From: an uncultured Eubacteriales bacterium
Lineage (GTDB): Bacteria > Bacillota > Clostridia > Oscillospirales > CAG-382
DNA: 64,000 nt
Reading direction: 5' to 3'
NCBI GenBank assembly: GCA_934479825.1
Contig: CAKSOW010000003.1
Location: 64,604 to 128,603, forward strand
Shown: piece after piece, positions 47,794 to 57,508 of the stretch
Numbering within the stretch: the first letter of the stretch is position 1
Layout: each line of letters opens with the position of its first letter
Notes under the pieces: generated by a model
Told to the model about the DNA's origin: nothing
Database searches by the model: none
Seen by the model: the letters and a program-made list of their open reading frames with translations, nothing else
Translations under genes and position numbers: made by a program

Positions 47794-50346
47794 ATGGTGT
47801 TGAACAGACGCTTATTCCGGGATTTCAAGGAAAATCTGGTGCGCAATCTTGCCATGATTCTCATTGTCGCGCTTTCCATGGCATTGGTGGTGGCGCTTTG
47901 CTCCAACACGGAATGCTTGAACTATGTCATTCACGACGAATGGGAAAAATGCAAGGTCGAAGACGGCAGTTTTGAAACCTATGTGCCGCTGTCCAAACGG
48001 AATCTGCTGGATTTATCCGAATTGGATGTCACAATTGAAAAAATGTTCTACACCGACGTTCCGGTAAGCGACGTATCGGTATTGCGCTTTTTTGTTAATC
48101 GCAAAAATATTGACCTTGCGTTTGTTGAACAGGGCAAAACGCCGCAGAACGATCATGAGATTTTCATGGAAAAGCTGTATGCCAAAAACCATTCTATTTC
48201 GGTCGGCGACACGTTTTATGTCGGCTCGTATCCGTTCATGGTGTGCGGCATCGGCTGTATTCCCGATTACGGCTATGTCAAGCAGAACACGTCGGACGTA
48301 GCGCAGAACGATGAATTTTCGGTGGTTTTAGTCACTTCCGGCGCATTTAACGCCGTTAAGGGCACAAACAAGGTCGTTTATAACTATGCCTATCGGTTAG
48401 GAGAAAACTGTACAGCCAAGGATTTAAAAAAGAAATTGGTCAAGTTGGATTTTGACCCGAACTCCGTCAAGGATACCTACATTCGCCATCAGATCGCCCA
48501 GGCTGACGCGTTGAACGCCGGATTCTACGCTTTTACCGATGCTGTCCGCTACGGTTCGGAAAGTCTGGCGCGCGGCATTCATTCGGTCGGACGCGCCTAT
48601 GCGGCCTATGACGGCGAACGCGCGACCAAAGAATTATATAACGGCGCCATGTCGCTGTCCGATGCGGCTCTTGCCTTTCAAGAGCAATACGGCTCTTATC
48701 TTGCCGCAAACACAAAAGTCGAATTTATCAATCTGTCCGGCTTTGCCGAGGCAAAATACAGCATCCGCATCAACGACCCGTTGAACGATTCCAAGCTCGG
48801 CAAGCAGGCGGCTCTTGTGGTCGGCGTGATATTGCTGATGCTTCTTGTGTATATGCTTGCGATCTTCGCCGGCGGCACGATCGAAAAGGAACGCGCCATT
48901 ATCGGAACGCTGTATGCCTTAGGGTACAGCAAAAAAGAAATTTTGTCGCACTACATGAAGATACCGATATTCATTACGCTTTTCGGTTCGGTTGTCGGTA
49001 CGCTTTGCGGTTTTAAACTGGTGGATTTTCTGTCGGTTACATACAGTACGATGTATTCGTTTCCGGACCTTGTGCATATTTATCCGCTGTATGTCGAATT
49101 ATATGCCATCGGTATGCCGGCTTTCCTTGCCTATGTCATCAACCGGCATGTGCTGCGCAAAAAGCTCGACGAAACACCGTTGCAGATGATGCACGAAAAA
49201 GTGACCGGCATCGGACGGCTGAATTTTGAGCTGCACGGCATGAGCTTTTCGGCGAAATACCGCATCCGTCAGTTCTGCCGCGAGATAAAGGGGAACTTAA
49301 CGTTATTTGCCGGCGTGCTTCTGTCGGTGCTTCTCATGATGTTCTCGTTTGCCTGCTTTGGAAGTATATCGTCGTATATCAAAAGCGTCGCAGACGATGT
49401 GCATTACGAATATCTATACGTTTTGCGCAATCCGGTGGAAGATCTGCCCAAAAACGCGGTAGTCGGCTATACAGCCGGGTTCAATGTGGACTATGCCATG
49501 ACCGGCGGCGAAATGGAAGTGACGCTTTCAGGTATCGGGCGCGACAATCCATATTTTGATTTTTCCGGCACGCTTTCCGACGACCCGGGCGAGGTGTTCA
49601 TGTCGAATTCCGTCCGAATCAAATTCGGCTATAAGGTCGGCGACACGGTAGTATTTCATGACAGCGCCGCCGACAAGCGATATGCCTTCAAGATTGCCGG
49701 TGAAGTCACGTTCGGCAGCGGCCTGTATTTCTTTATGGATCTTGACGCAATGCGCGAAGCGTTCGGACTTGAATACTTCGACAAGGACGATCTCAAAAAA
49801 GGCGAACGCATTCCAAAAGCAAGCGATTATTATTACAACACGGTTTATTCGGATGTCCCTCTTACCTTTCATCACAATATGATGGTCTCCCAGATCGTCA
49901 AAACCGATTTACAGCGCGGCGCGGACAAATTCATGACGCTGATGGGCGATATGATCTATCTGTTAATCGGGGTATCGGTGATCATTTTCGTGTCGGTGAT
50001 GTATTTACTGATGAAGTTAGAGATTGACCGAAGCAGTTTTTCCGTTTCGCTCTTAAAGGCGCTCGGCTACAAGGAAAAGACGGTCAACAGCTTTTATATC
50101 GGCAGTTCGTTCTATGTGACGCTCGTGTCAGTCGTTTTCGGTATGCCGGTCTGCAAACTGGTCGTAAATGTGATGTATCCGTACTGTGTTTCCAACGTCA
50201 ACGGCGGTTTTCCGGCCGTCGTCGCACCGATGCAGTATGTGTATATCGCGCTCATTGCCTTTGCCAGCTTTTTTGCCACGCGTGCGTTTCTGGTACGGTA
50301 TTTGAAAAAGATCAAACTTACCGATATTTTAAAGAACCGCGAATGA
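47794..50346 (+). CDS. ABC transporter permease with two FtsX-type domains
   Basis: About 850 aa. Two 4-TM FtsX modules are separated by large extracytoplasmic domains. Immediately follows the ATPase gene. Confidence 0.85.
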   Translation: MVLNRRLFRDFKENLVRNLAMILIVALSMALVVALCSNTECLNYVIHDEWEKCKVEDGSFETYVPLSKRNLLDLSELDVTIEKMFYTDVPVSDVSVLRFFVNRKNIDLAFVEQGKTPQNDHEIFMEKLYAKNHSISVGDTFYVGSYPFMVCGIGCIPDYGYVKQNTSDVAQNDEFSVVLVTSGAFNAVKGTNKVVYNYAYRLGENCTAKDLKKKLVKLDFDPNSVKDTYIRHQIAQADALNAGFYAFTDAVRYGSESLARGIHSVGRAYAAYDGERATKELYNGAMSLSDAALAFQEQYGSYLAANTKVEFINLSGFAEAKYSIRINDPLNDSKLGKQAALVVGVILLMLLVYMLAIFAGGTIEKERAIIGTLYALGYSKKEILSHYMKIPIFITLFGSVVGTLCGFKLVDFLSVTYSTMYSFPDLVHIYPLYVELYAIGMPAFLAYVINRHVLRKKLDETPLQMMHEKVTGIGRLNFELHGMSFSAKYRIRQFCREIKGNLTLFAGVLLSVLLMMFSFACFGSISSYIKSVADDVHYEYLYVLRNPVEDLPKNAVVGYTAGFNVDYAMTGGEMEVTLSGIGRDNPYFDFSGTLSDDPGEVFMSNSVRIKFGYKVGDTVVFHDSAADKRYAFKIAGEVTFGSGLYFFMDLDAMREAFGLEYFDKDDLKKGERIPKASDYYYNTVYSDVPLTFHHNMMVSQIVKTDLQRGADKFMTLMGDMIYLLIGVSVIIFVSVMYLLMKLEIDRSSFSVSLLKALGYKEKTVNSFYIGSSFYVTLVSVVFGMPVCKLVVNVMYPYCVSNVNGGFPAVVAPMQYVYIALIAFASFFATRAFLVRYLKKIKLTDILKNRE

Positions 50347-50404
50347 GAAAAAACATATTTTTTCAGGTTTCAGCGTATCTTGACGCTCCGTTTAAAAATA
50401 ATAC

Positions 50405-50433
50405 TTGACAAGATGGCAATGTTTGCATATAAT
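50405..50433 (+). promoter_or_regulatory. Sigma-A promoter upstream of acpP
   Basis: TTGACA, 17 nt, TATAAT. Confidence 0.65.
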
Positions 50434-50499
50434 TATGTGTGATGAATCGGAGAAAATCCGATTTACTTGATAATTCCACGCAGAAAAGAGGTTTGACCC

Positions 50500-50727
50500 A
50501 TGGTAGAAACGATCATCGACTTGCTTGCCAAGCAGTTCCGTATCGACCCCGCCACCATTGACGCAGATACCAACATTGTCGAGGATCTTGGCGCGGATTC
50601 GCTTGAAATCGTCGATATGCTTATGGCAATCGAAGAAAATTTCGGCATAACGGTTTCCGATGAAGAAGCGCTTACGCTGAAAACCGTAAAAGACGTTGCG
50701 GATTTTATCGAAGAGAAAAAAATGTAA
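50500..50727 (+). CDS. acpP: Acyl carrier protein
   Basis: 75 aa with the phosphopantetheine attachment motif DLGADSLEIVDMLMAIEE. Confidence 0.9.
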   Translation: MVETIIDLLAKQFRIDPATIDADTNIVEDLGADSLEIVDMLMAIEENFGITVSDEEALTLKTVKDVADFIEEKKM

Positions 50728-50806
50728 GGAACGCGGAGTCGCATCAACCGTTGCGTCAGATACCGCATTTCAAAATTTTACATTTTTTACATTTAAAGGT
50801 ATAAAT

Positions 50807-50857
50807 CGGGAGCATTATGCTGTAAAATAACAAAGAGCGTAATGCTCCCGGTTTGTT
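50807..50857 (+). terminator. Possible acpP terminator
   Basis: CGGGAGCATTA, 22-nt loop, TAATGCTCCCG, then GTTTGTT. The loop is long and the T-tract weak. Confidence 0.4.
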
Positions 50858-50930
50858 ATGCGTATAATACGCTTTTTTGATAAATATGCGCCCGTAAACG
50901 GCACATATAAAGAAAGGAATTTTCAATTCC

Positions 50931-52145
50931 ATGAGCGAAAAAAGATTTGTTTATGCCGATAATGCGGCTACGACAAGCGTCCATCCGCGGGTACTTGCGG
51001 AAATGCTGCCGTATCTCGGCGAGTTTTACGGAAATCCGTCCAGCCTGTATTCCAAAGGCCAACAAGTGTTCACACTGTTGGAAGGCGCACGTGCGCGTAT
51101 AGCGGCGCTTTTAGGCTGTGAAGCGCGTGAACTCTATTTCACCGGCTGTGGCTCGGAGGGCGATAACTGGGCCATTAAAGGCGCTGTGGACGCCTATTTG
51201 CAGAAAAACAAAGTAACCGCTTGCCATGTCGTCACCACCAAGATTGAACATCATGCCGTTCTCAATACCTGCAAAGCGCTGGAAAAGAAAGGCATTGCCG
51301 TTACCTATCTGGATGTCGATTCCAACGGCAAGGTAAATCCCGACGATGTGATAACCGCTTTGCGTGACGATACCTGTATCGTCGCTGTCATGTACGCCAA
51401 CAACGAGATCGGTACGATTGAACCGATTGCCGAAATCGGCGCGAAAATCAAGGAATACAATGCCGCAAACAACAAAAAAGTTCTGTTTTTCTCTGATGCG
51501 GTTCAGGCTGTCGGACATGTTCCGGTCGATATAAAGAGTTTAAACGTGGACATGCTTTCGCTTTCCGGACATAAATTCCGCGCCCCCAAAGGCGTAGGTG
51601 CGCTGTATATCAAGAGCGGCGTTGTCATCAAGAGTTTGATCGACGGCGGCGGCCAGGAACGCGGCAAGCGCGGCGGCACGGAAAACGTTGCGTCGATCAT
51701 GGGACTTGCCAAAGCGCTTGAAATTGCCTGCGACGAGATGAAAGATGACAATGCGCGTCTTGCCATGCTGCGCGACGAGCTGATCTACCGTCTGACGACC
51801 GAAATCCCGGAAGCGCAGTTGACGGGACACCCCACCAAGCGGCTTCCCGGAACGGCAAGCTTTGTCTTTAAATATATCGAGGGTGAATCCTTGCTGTTAT
51901 TGCTTGACGCAGAGGGCGTTTGTGCGTCCACAGGCTCTGCCTGCTCGTCCAAGTCGCTCGAACCGTCGCACGTATTGCTGTCTATCGGACTGCCGCATGA
52001 AATTGCTCACGGTTCTCTCCGCTTAACGCTTTCTCACGAAACCACCAAAGAAGATGTGGATTATATCGTCGAAAAAGTCAAATATGTGGTGCAGACGCTT
52101 CGCAACTTCTCGCCGATCTGCCCGAAAGAATTAAAGCAAAACTAA
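50931..52145 (+). CDS. nifS: Cysteine desulfurase NifS
   Basis: PLP-Lys motif SLSGHKFRAPKGVGALY, active-site loop STGSACSS, and the YADNAATT start. Confidence 0.9.
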   Translation: MSEKRFVYADNAATTSVHPRVLAEMLPYLGEFYGNPSSLYSKGQQVFTLLEGARARIAALLGCEARELYFTGCGSEGDNWAIKGAVDAYLQKNKVTACHVVTTKIEHHAVLNTCKALEKKGIAVTYLDVDSNGKVNPDDVITALRDDTCIVAVMYANNEIGTIEPIAEIGAKIKEYNAANNKKVLFFSDAVQAVGHVPVDIKSLNVDMLSLSGHKFRAPKGVGALYIKSGVVIKSLIDGGGQERGKRGGTENVASIMGLAKALEIACDEMKDDNARLAMLRDELIYRLTTEIPEAQLTGHPTKRLPGTASFVFKYIEGESLLLLLDAEGVCASTGSACSSKSLEPSHVLLSIGLPHEIAHGSLRLTLSHETTKEDVDYIVEKVKYVVQTLRNFSPICPKELKQN

Positions 52146-52185
52146 CCGAACGCGTGTTATTTTCGATTATAAGGGAGGATTACCC

Positions 52186-52653
52186 ATGTTATATTCAGCC
52201 AAGGTCATGGATCATTTCACACATCCGCGCAATGTCGGCGAAATGCCCGACGCTACGGCAACCGGCGAAGTCGGCAATGCCAAATGCGGCGATATCATGA
52301 AGATCTATTTGAAGATCGACGAAAACGACATCATCACCGACGCTAAATTTGAAACATTCGGCTGTGCGTCTGCAATTGCAACCTCTTCCATGGCAACCGA
52401 GCTTATCAAAGGTCAGCCGATCTCCAAAGCGCTTGAACTGTCCAATGCCGCCGTTGTTGAGGCTCTCGACGGACTTCCGCCGGCCAAGATCCATTGTTCG
52501 GTGCTCGCCGAAGAAGCGGTCAAAGCGGCCATTTTAGACTACTACAAAAAGACCGGACGCGATACAACCGAATTGGAAAAAGAATGCGGCGGCTGTTGCT
52601 CTTGCTGCGGCGGTCATGAAGAGGAACACCATGCGGTTCCCGAAGAGGAATAA
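52186..52653 (+). CDS. nifU: Fe-S cluster assembly scaffold (NifU/IscU type) with a Cys-rich tail
   Basis: GNAKCGD, FGCASAIATSS and KIHCSVLA cluster ligands. C-terminal CGGCCSCCGGHEEEHH. Confidence 0.9.
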   Translation: MLYSAKVMDHFTHPRNVGEMPDATATGEVGNAKCGDIMKIYLKIDENDIITDAKFETFGCASAIATSSMATELIKGQPISKALELSNAAVVEALDGLPPAKIHCSVLAEEAVKAAILDYYKKTGRDTTELEKECGGCCSCCGGHEEEHHAVPEEE

Positions 52654-52672
52654 AAACGAAAGAAGAAGCAGA

Positions 52673-53125
52673 ATGAAAAACGTTTATATTGCCAACGACC
52701 ATGCGGCGGTCGATTTGAAAAATGAGCTTTGTCCTTATATCGAAAGCCTTGGTTTCCATGTCATCAACTTAGGTACAGACGAAAAAACAAGCGTCAACTA
52801 TCCGGAATATGCCGAAAAAGCGGCCAAGGCGGTACTTGCCGATGAGGGCTCGCTCGGCATTCTGATCTGCGGAACCGGTATCGGCATGTCGCTTGCCGCA
52901 AACAAGGTACATGGAATTCGCGCCGCGGCAGTCAGTGAAGTATACAGTGCGAAATTAACGCGCATGCACAACGATGCCAATATGGTGTGTATCGGGGCGC
53001 GCGTCATTGGGCCGGAAACGGCGAAAATGATTGTGGAAGCCTTTTTGACAACTCCGTTCGAGGGCGGCCGTCATCAAAAACGTGTTAATATGATCACGGA
53101 GATCGAAGAAAGAGAATCCAAATAG
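52673..53125 (+). CDS. rpiB: Ribose-5-phosphate isomerase B
   Basis: IANDHAAVDLK, ILICGTGIGMSLAANK, and the NDANMVCIGARV motif. ATG at 52673. Confidence 0.9.
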   Translation: MKNVYIANDHAAVDLKNELCPYIESLGFHVINLGTDEKTSVNYPEYAEKAAKAVLADEGSLGILICGTGIGMSLAANKVHGIRAAAVSEVYSAKLTRMHNDANMVCIGARVIGPETAKMIVEAFLTTPFEGGRHQKRVNMITEIEERESK

Positions 53126-53132
53126 GGTGTTG

Positions 53133-53166
53133 TTCCGTCGGGAAACATCTCTGTTTCCCGACGGAA
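53133..53166 (+). terminator. Hairpin after rpiB (15-bp stem, weak T-tail)
   Basis: TTCCGTCGGGAAACA-TCTC-TGTTTCCCGACGGAA followed by TTGGG. Confidence 0.45.
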
Positions 53167-53221
53167 TTGGGACGGCACAAACAGTATTTTTCGACAAAAC
53201 AAAGTTTTTTGCGAAAAACCC

Positions 53222-53250
53222 TTGACAAGTTGCGCTCTTTATGGTATTAT
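53222..53250 (+). promoter_or_regulatory. Sigma-A promoter of tRNA-Lys
   Basis: TTGACA, 17 nt, TATTAT, about 36 nt upstream of the tRNA 5' end. Confidence 0.65.
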
Positions 53251-53286
53251 ATTAAGGCTGTGAAACGAAAGAACGTTTTCTCTGTT

Positions 53287-53362
53287 GCCCCTGTAGCTCA
53301 GCCGGTAGAGCACATGACTTTTAATCATGGTGTCCGGAGTTCGATTCTCCGCAGGAGCACCA
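53287..53362 (+). tRNA. tRNA-Lys (anticodon UUU), CCA encoded
   Basis: Cloverleaf: acceptor GCCCCTG/CAGGAGC (one C-A mismatch), D arm GCTC-AGCCGGTA-GAGC, anticodon arm CATGA-CTTTTAA-TCATG, T arm CGGAG-TTCGATT-CTCCG, 3' ACCA. Confidence 0.85.
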
Positions 53363-53363
53363 A

Positions 53364-53403
53364 CCCCCGACAAATACTTGCGTATTTGTCGGGGGTTCTT
53401 TTT
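53364..53403 (+). terminator. Intrinsic terminator after tRNA-Lys
   Basis: CCCCCGACAAATAC-TTGC-GTATTTGTCGGGGG followed by TTCTTTTT. Confidence 0.85.
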
Positions 53404-53410
53404 ATGTAAA

Positions 53411-53550
53411 GCCGGGAAAGAGCGTTTCCGGTTTTACCGGAAAAACCAAAGACGCTCGATGGCAAACCATCGAGCGTCAAATTTTAAATTCTTTTGCCCC
53501 ACTTTTCTTTTAAGAAAAGCGGGCTCAGTTTAAGGGCGAGCAACCCTTGT
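53411..53550 (-). repeat. Second copy of the multi-hairpin 3' module, carrying the terminator of the nucleotidyltransferase gene (53441-53478)
   Basis: The reverse complement aligns by eye with 45783-45925. Shared landmarks are AAGGG.TGCTCGCCCTT, CCCGCTTTTCTT..AAGAAAAGTGGG, and the CGATGG...CCATCG long hairpin followed by TTTGGTTTTT on the minus strand. Confidence 0.75.
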
Positions 53551-53558
53551 ACATGCGT

Positions 53559-54416
53559 TTAGGCCTTGAACTTGTCGTATAACCCCTTGGCACAGAGTGC
53601 GGCAATCGCATCCACGACCGACTGCTTGTCTTCCTTGTAGGTAACTCCATACCACTTGTCGTCGGTGTAGAGAACCTTGACTTTTTCACCGTCAACCTTG
53701 ATCATTTTGTCCACAATGCGCGGAAGCAGATATTCGCTCTTCAATTCCGTCCCCTGCTCGGCAAGGAATTTCACAAAACCGCTTTCCAGCTCATCAAACA
53801 GCTTCGGCATAAAACCGAACATGTTCATGGACGCAATGGTGTCTGCCGGAAAATCATTGTCTTTCGGAATCGAGAGATGCTCCGTCACGCCGGTGAGGTA
53901 GTTGTTCGCGTCGATATCGCAGATACCGCGCGCAACCGTGCCGTTTTCGCTGACCGTGTTCTGCAGCTTGTAACCGACCATACAGGTCTCCGTGCTGGTC
54001 TCAAAATGTTTCTTCAATACCTTGTAGCCGCCTTTTCCGTAGAAATCGTCGGCATTGATAACAGCAAACGGGCCATGGATGAAGTTCTTCGCGCAGAGAA
54101 CCGCCTGACCGGTACCCCACGGCTTTACACGGTTTTCGGGAACCGTATAGGGCGCAGGAATGTCATCCAATTCCTGGAAAGCATATTCAACGTCGATCAT
54201 CTTTTCGATTCTCTTGCCGATGATCTCACGGAAATCATGCTCAATCGCCTTTTTGATGACAAAAACCGCTTTGTCAAAACCGGCTTCAAGGGCATCGTAA
54301 ACGGAAAATTCGAGAATTACCTCGCCGTGCGGGCCGACCGGTTCGATCTGCTTCAAACCGCCGAAACGACTGCCCATACCGGCCGCCATTACAAGAAGTG
54401 TCATTTTGTTGTCCAT
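53559..54416 (-). CDS. Sugar-phosphate nucleotidyltransferase family protein
   Basis: N-terminal LVMAAGMGSRFGGLKQ (the G-x-G-x-R signature of NTP transferases). 285 aa. Confidence 0.75.
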   Translation of the reverse strand: MDNKMTLLVMAAGMGSRFGGLKQIEPVGPHGEVILEFSVYDALEAGFDKAVFVIKKAIEHDFREIIGKRIEKMIDVEYAFQELDDIPAPYTVPENRVKPWGTGQAVLCAKNFIHGPFAVINADDFYGKGGYKVLKKHFETSTETCMVGYKLQNTVSENGTVARGICDIDANNYLTGVTEHLSIPKDNDFPADTIASMNMFGFMPKLFDELESGFVKFLAEQGTELKSEYLLPRIVDKMIKVDGEKVKVLYTDDKWYGVTYKEDKQSVVDAIAALCAKGLYDKFKA

Positions 54417-54453
54417 GTTGTATTACTCCTTTTGTTATTTGATTGGCATAAAT

Positions 54454-56817
54454 TTATTTGGTGACAATGACCCGAATCTCACCGTTTTCAGCATATACCG
54501 AAATACCGGTAATCTTGGAGTCATAGCCTGCAATAATGAGTTCCGCCGCGCGATCCTCGATTTCGGTCTGTATCAGACGGCGCAAATTGCGCGCCCCGTA
54601 TTTGACCGAATAGGCCTTGTCGGCAAGCAGCGTGTAGACCTCGTCCGTACAGGTCAACAGAATCTTCTTGACTTCCAGCGTATCGGCAAGTTCTTTTACC
54701 ATGATACGTGCAATGGAAACAAAGTTTTCGCGGCTCAGACTGTTAAAGGTGATGATCTCATCGACACGGTTGATAAACTCCGGACGTAAGAAAGCGGCAA
54801 GCGCCTTGTGCGTTTTGTCCTCGTTCACCTCAGCCTGCGATTTGGAAAATCCGGCTGCCGCACTTGTGCCGACCGAGCCGGCATTGGTGGTCATGACAAT
54901 GATCGTGTTCTTGAAATTGACCTCTTTGCCGTGCGCATCGGTAATGCGGCCGTCGTCGAGAATCTGTAACAGCACATTGAGAACATCGGGGTGCGCCTTT
55001 TCAATCTCATCAAACAGAACAACGCTGTACGGACGGCGGCGAATCTTTTCGGTGAGCTGTCCGGCTTCATCATAGCCGACATAGCCGGGCGGCGAGCCGA
55101 TAATCCGGCTGACGGCATGCTTTTCCATAAATTCGGACATGTCGAGTCGGATCAATGCCTCAGGAGAATCAAACAGATCCGACGCAAGCGTCTTGACAAG
55201 CTCAGTCTTTCCGACGCCGGTAGGCCCGGCAAAAATAAAGGAAACCGGCTTTTCTTTGGCATAGATCCCGGCACGCTGACGTTTGATAGCCTTTGCGACA
55301 GCCTCTACTGCTTTATCCTGCCCGATAATGCGGCGTTTTAAGCGTTCAGCCAATTTGTCGATACGCAGGAATTCGTTTTCGTTGATTGTGCTTGCCGGAA
55401 TGCCGGTCCAGATCTCAATGACCTTGGCAAGCTCCTCAGTGGTCAATTTTACGTTCCCGCGCTTTTCTTCCCAATCGTTATAAAGCGCAAGCTGTTTGGC
55501 TTCTTGTGTTTTCGCGTCGGCAAGCTCCCGATAGTAGGCTTCCGATTCTTCCGGTTTTTCCTCGTTCGGGGGAGCGGCCTCCAAGCGTGCCACCTCCGCC
55601 TTTGCTTTGTCAAGAGCGGCTTTGGCGTTCTCTGCTTCGATGACGGTTTCGTCGTGAAGCGCAAGGTGCGACGCCGCCTCGTCCATTAAATCAATGGCCT
55701 TGTCGGGCAGGAAACGGTCGGTAATATAGCGTTCGGAAAGCGTTACAGCCGCTTTTACCGTCTCATCCGGAATGACAACGCCGTGGAAACTTTCATAATA
55801 CGGCTTGATACCCTCCAAAATTTTCACGGTATCCGCCACAGACGGTTCGGCAATGACGATCGGCTGGAAACGGCGTTCCAATGCGGAATCTTTTTCAATA
55901 TATTTGCGGTATTCGGCAAGCGTGGTCGCACCGATAACATGAATTTCGCCGCGCGAAAGCGCCGGTTTCAGAATGTTGGCGGCGTTCATACCGCCCTCGG
56001 AATCGCCAGCCGCGACGATGTTGTGCACTTCATCGATAACCAAAAGAATATTGCCGAGTTTCTTGACCTCTTCGATAAGACCTTTCATACGATTCTCAAA
56101 CTGACCGCGGAATTGCGTACCTGCTACCATGGCGGTCATATCGAGAAGGCAGACTTCAAAGCCCCTTAACTTCAACGGCACGTCTCCCGACGCAATTTTC
56201 TGCGCCAAGGCTTCGGCAATGGCCGTTTTTCCGACGCCCGGCTCACCGATCAGGCAAGGATTGTTTTTCTGACGGCGGCAGAGAATCTGAATGGTGCGTT
56301 CCAACTCCCTGTCGCGGCCGATAACGCGGTCAAGTTCGCCGCGTTTTGCCTTTTCGGTCAGGTTGAGAGAGAACATATCTAAATTTTTTCGTCCTTTGGC
56401 GGATTTCTTTTTGGCGTCGTTTCCGTTTTTCTGTCGGTTGACGCCGAAATTGCCGAGATTTCCGAAAATCGAGCCGAGATTGACGGACGGTGTGCGCGTT
56501 TCGCTCTCATCGGGATCGTCGGGGTCATCCGGATTGTCCGGATTATCGGGATTTTCCGGATCGCCTTCCATACCGGGCATACCGGAAAGAAGTCCGGAAT
56601 TTTCCATTAGTCCGGAAAGCTCTTCGCTCATGTTTTCGAGCTGTTCGTCATCGATGCCCATTTTTTCAAGCATATCGGTGACAGGCGCGATACCGAGCTC
56701 CTTGGCACAGAGCAAGCAATAGCCCTCGGATTCGGCCGGCTTCTTACCGGTCGGGTCGAATTTTTGAAGAAAGACCACAGCCGGTCTTTTTTTGCATTTA
56801 CAACAAATAGCAGACAT
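54454..56817 (-). CDS. Clp/Hsp100-family AAA+ ATPase (two NBDs) with an N-terminal Cys4 zinc-ribbon-like segment in place of a Clp_N domain
   Basis: NBD1 Walker A GEPGVGKT, NBD2 Walker A GPTGVGKT, a coiled-coil middle region, and a sensor-2 region. The start is taken at MSAICCKCKK (56817). The upstream part of the ORF overlaps pgsA. Confidence 0.85.
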   Translation of the reverse strand: MSAICCKCKKRPAVVFLQKFDPTGKKPAESEGYCLLCAKELGIAPVTDMLEKMGIDDEQLENMSEELSGLMENSGLLSGMPGMEGDPENPDNPDNPDDPDDPDESETRTPSVNLGSIFGNLGNFGVNRQKNGNDAKKKSAKGRKNLDMFSLNLTEKAKRGELDRVIGRDRELERTIQILCRRQKNNPCLIGEPGVGKTAIAEALAQKIASGDVPLKLRGFEVCLLDMTAMVAGTQFRGQFENRMKGLIEEVKKLGNILLVIDEVHNIVAAGDSEGGMNAANILKPALSRGEIHVIGATTLAEYRKYIEKDSALERRFQPIVIAEPSVADTVKILEGIKPYYESFHGVVIPDETVKAAVTLSERYITDRFLPDKAIDLMDEAASHLALHDETVIEAENAKAALDKAKAEVARLEAAPPNEEKPEESEAYYRELADAKTQEAKQLALYNDWEEKRGNVKLTTEELAKVIEIWTGIPASTINENEFLRIDKLAERLKRRIIGQDKAVEAVAKAIKRQRAGIYAKEKPVSFIFAGPTGVGKTELVKTLASDLFDSPEALIRLDMSEFMEKHAVSRIIGSPPGYVGYDEAGQLTEKIRRRPYSVVLFDEIEKAHPDVLNVLLQILDDGRITDAHGKEVNFKNTIIVMTTNAGSVGTSAAAGFSKSQAEVNEDKTHKALAAFLRPEFINRVDEIITFNSLSRENFVSIARIMVKELADTLEVKKILLTCTDEVYTLLADKAYSVKYGARNLRRLIQTEIEDRAAELIIAGYDSKITGISVYAENGEIRVIVTK

Positions 56818-56888
56818 TTTTTCCTCGTTAATATCTGCGCTTTCGGTGGCGCAGAACAGATTTAAAAAAATTGGTTTGTATCTGACGG

Positions 56889-57443
56889 CTACGATTTTTT
56901 GCCGGCCGATACCGAACGAATCATTTTGATCAAATCCTCTCCGCAGTAAACGCCGCAGGAAAAGACAAAGTACAGCGCAACCAAAATGCAGATCAGATCC
57001 ACGCCGAATACGCCGATCTGTTCGGAAAACAGGGAAATGACGAAAACCGCTCCGAATACAAGCACGGTTGCAAGTTTGCCGAAAAAGTTGGATTTGACAA
57101 CGAATTTTGTTTTGCGGAAAATGACAAGCGCTCCGATAGCCGTTGCCAATTCCTTGGCAAAATAGATGAGCGGCATCCAGAATGGGACATAATCCCGATA
57201 CCACAGACAGAGAAACGCCGAAAGCTGCAAGAGTTTATCGGCTAACGGGTCAAGCACTTTACCGAGAGTGGAGGTGCAGTTGAAGCGGCGCGCAATGTAG
57301 CCGTCGAGCACATCGGTGGCTCCGGCAAGTATAAAGACGATGACTGCCGCCGGAATGTTTCCGTTCAAGAACAAAATTACGAAAACAGGCACCATACATA
57401 GCCGTATGACCGATAAAATGTTGGGTAGATACTTAACAGACAT
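56889..57443 (-). CDS. pgsA: CDP-diacylglycerol--glycerol-3-phosphate 3-phosphatidyltransferase
   Basis: CDP-alcohol phosphatidyltransferase motif DVLDGYIARRFNCTSTLGKVLDPLADK. Confidence 0.9.
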   Translation of the reverse strand: MSVKYLPNILSVIRLCMVPVFVILFLNGNIPAAVIVFILAGATDVLDGYIARRFNCTSTLGKVLDPLADKLLQLSAFLCLWYRDYVPFWMPLIYFAKELATAIGALVIFRKTKFVVKSNFFGKLATVLVFGAVFVISLFSEQIGVFGVDLICILVALYFVFSCGVYCGEDLIKMIRSVSAGKKS

Positions 57444-57508
57444 AAAAACCTCCGAACCGCACTTTGCCTTTTGCGCCCGGTGCGGTAAATGGACTTTGTG
57501 CCGTAGGA

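Noticed and set aside
56818-57204. N-terminal extension of the Clp ATPase ORF (916-aa version). Similar extensions occur in ORFs 38634-40472, 40397-42184, 37030-37977, 20946-22379 and 61983-63140
   Set aside because: The extensions overlap neighbouring genes or repeat DNA and are Arg/Cys-rich nonsense. In each case an internal start with an RBS gives a protein whose N-terminus matches the family.
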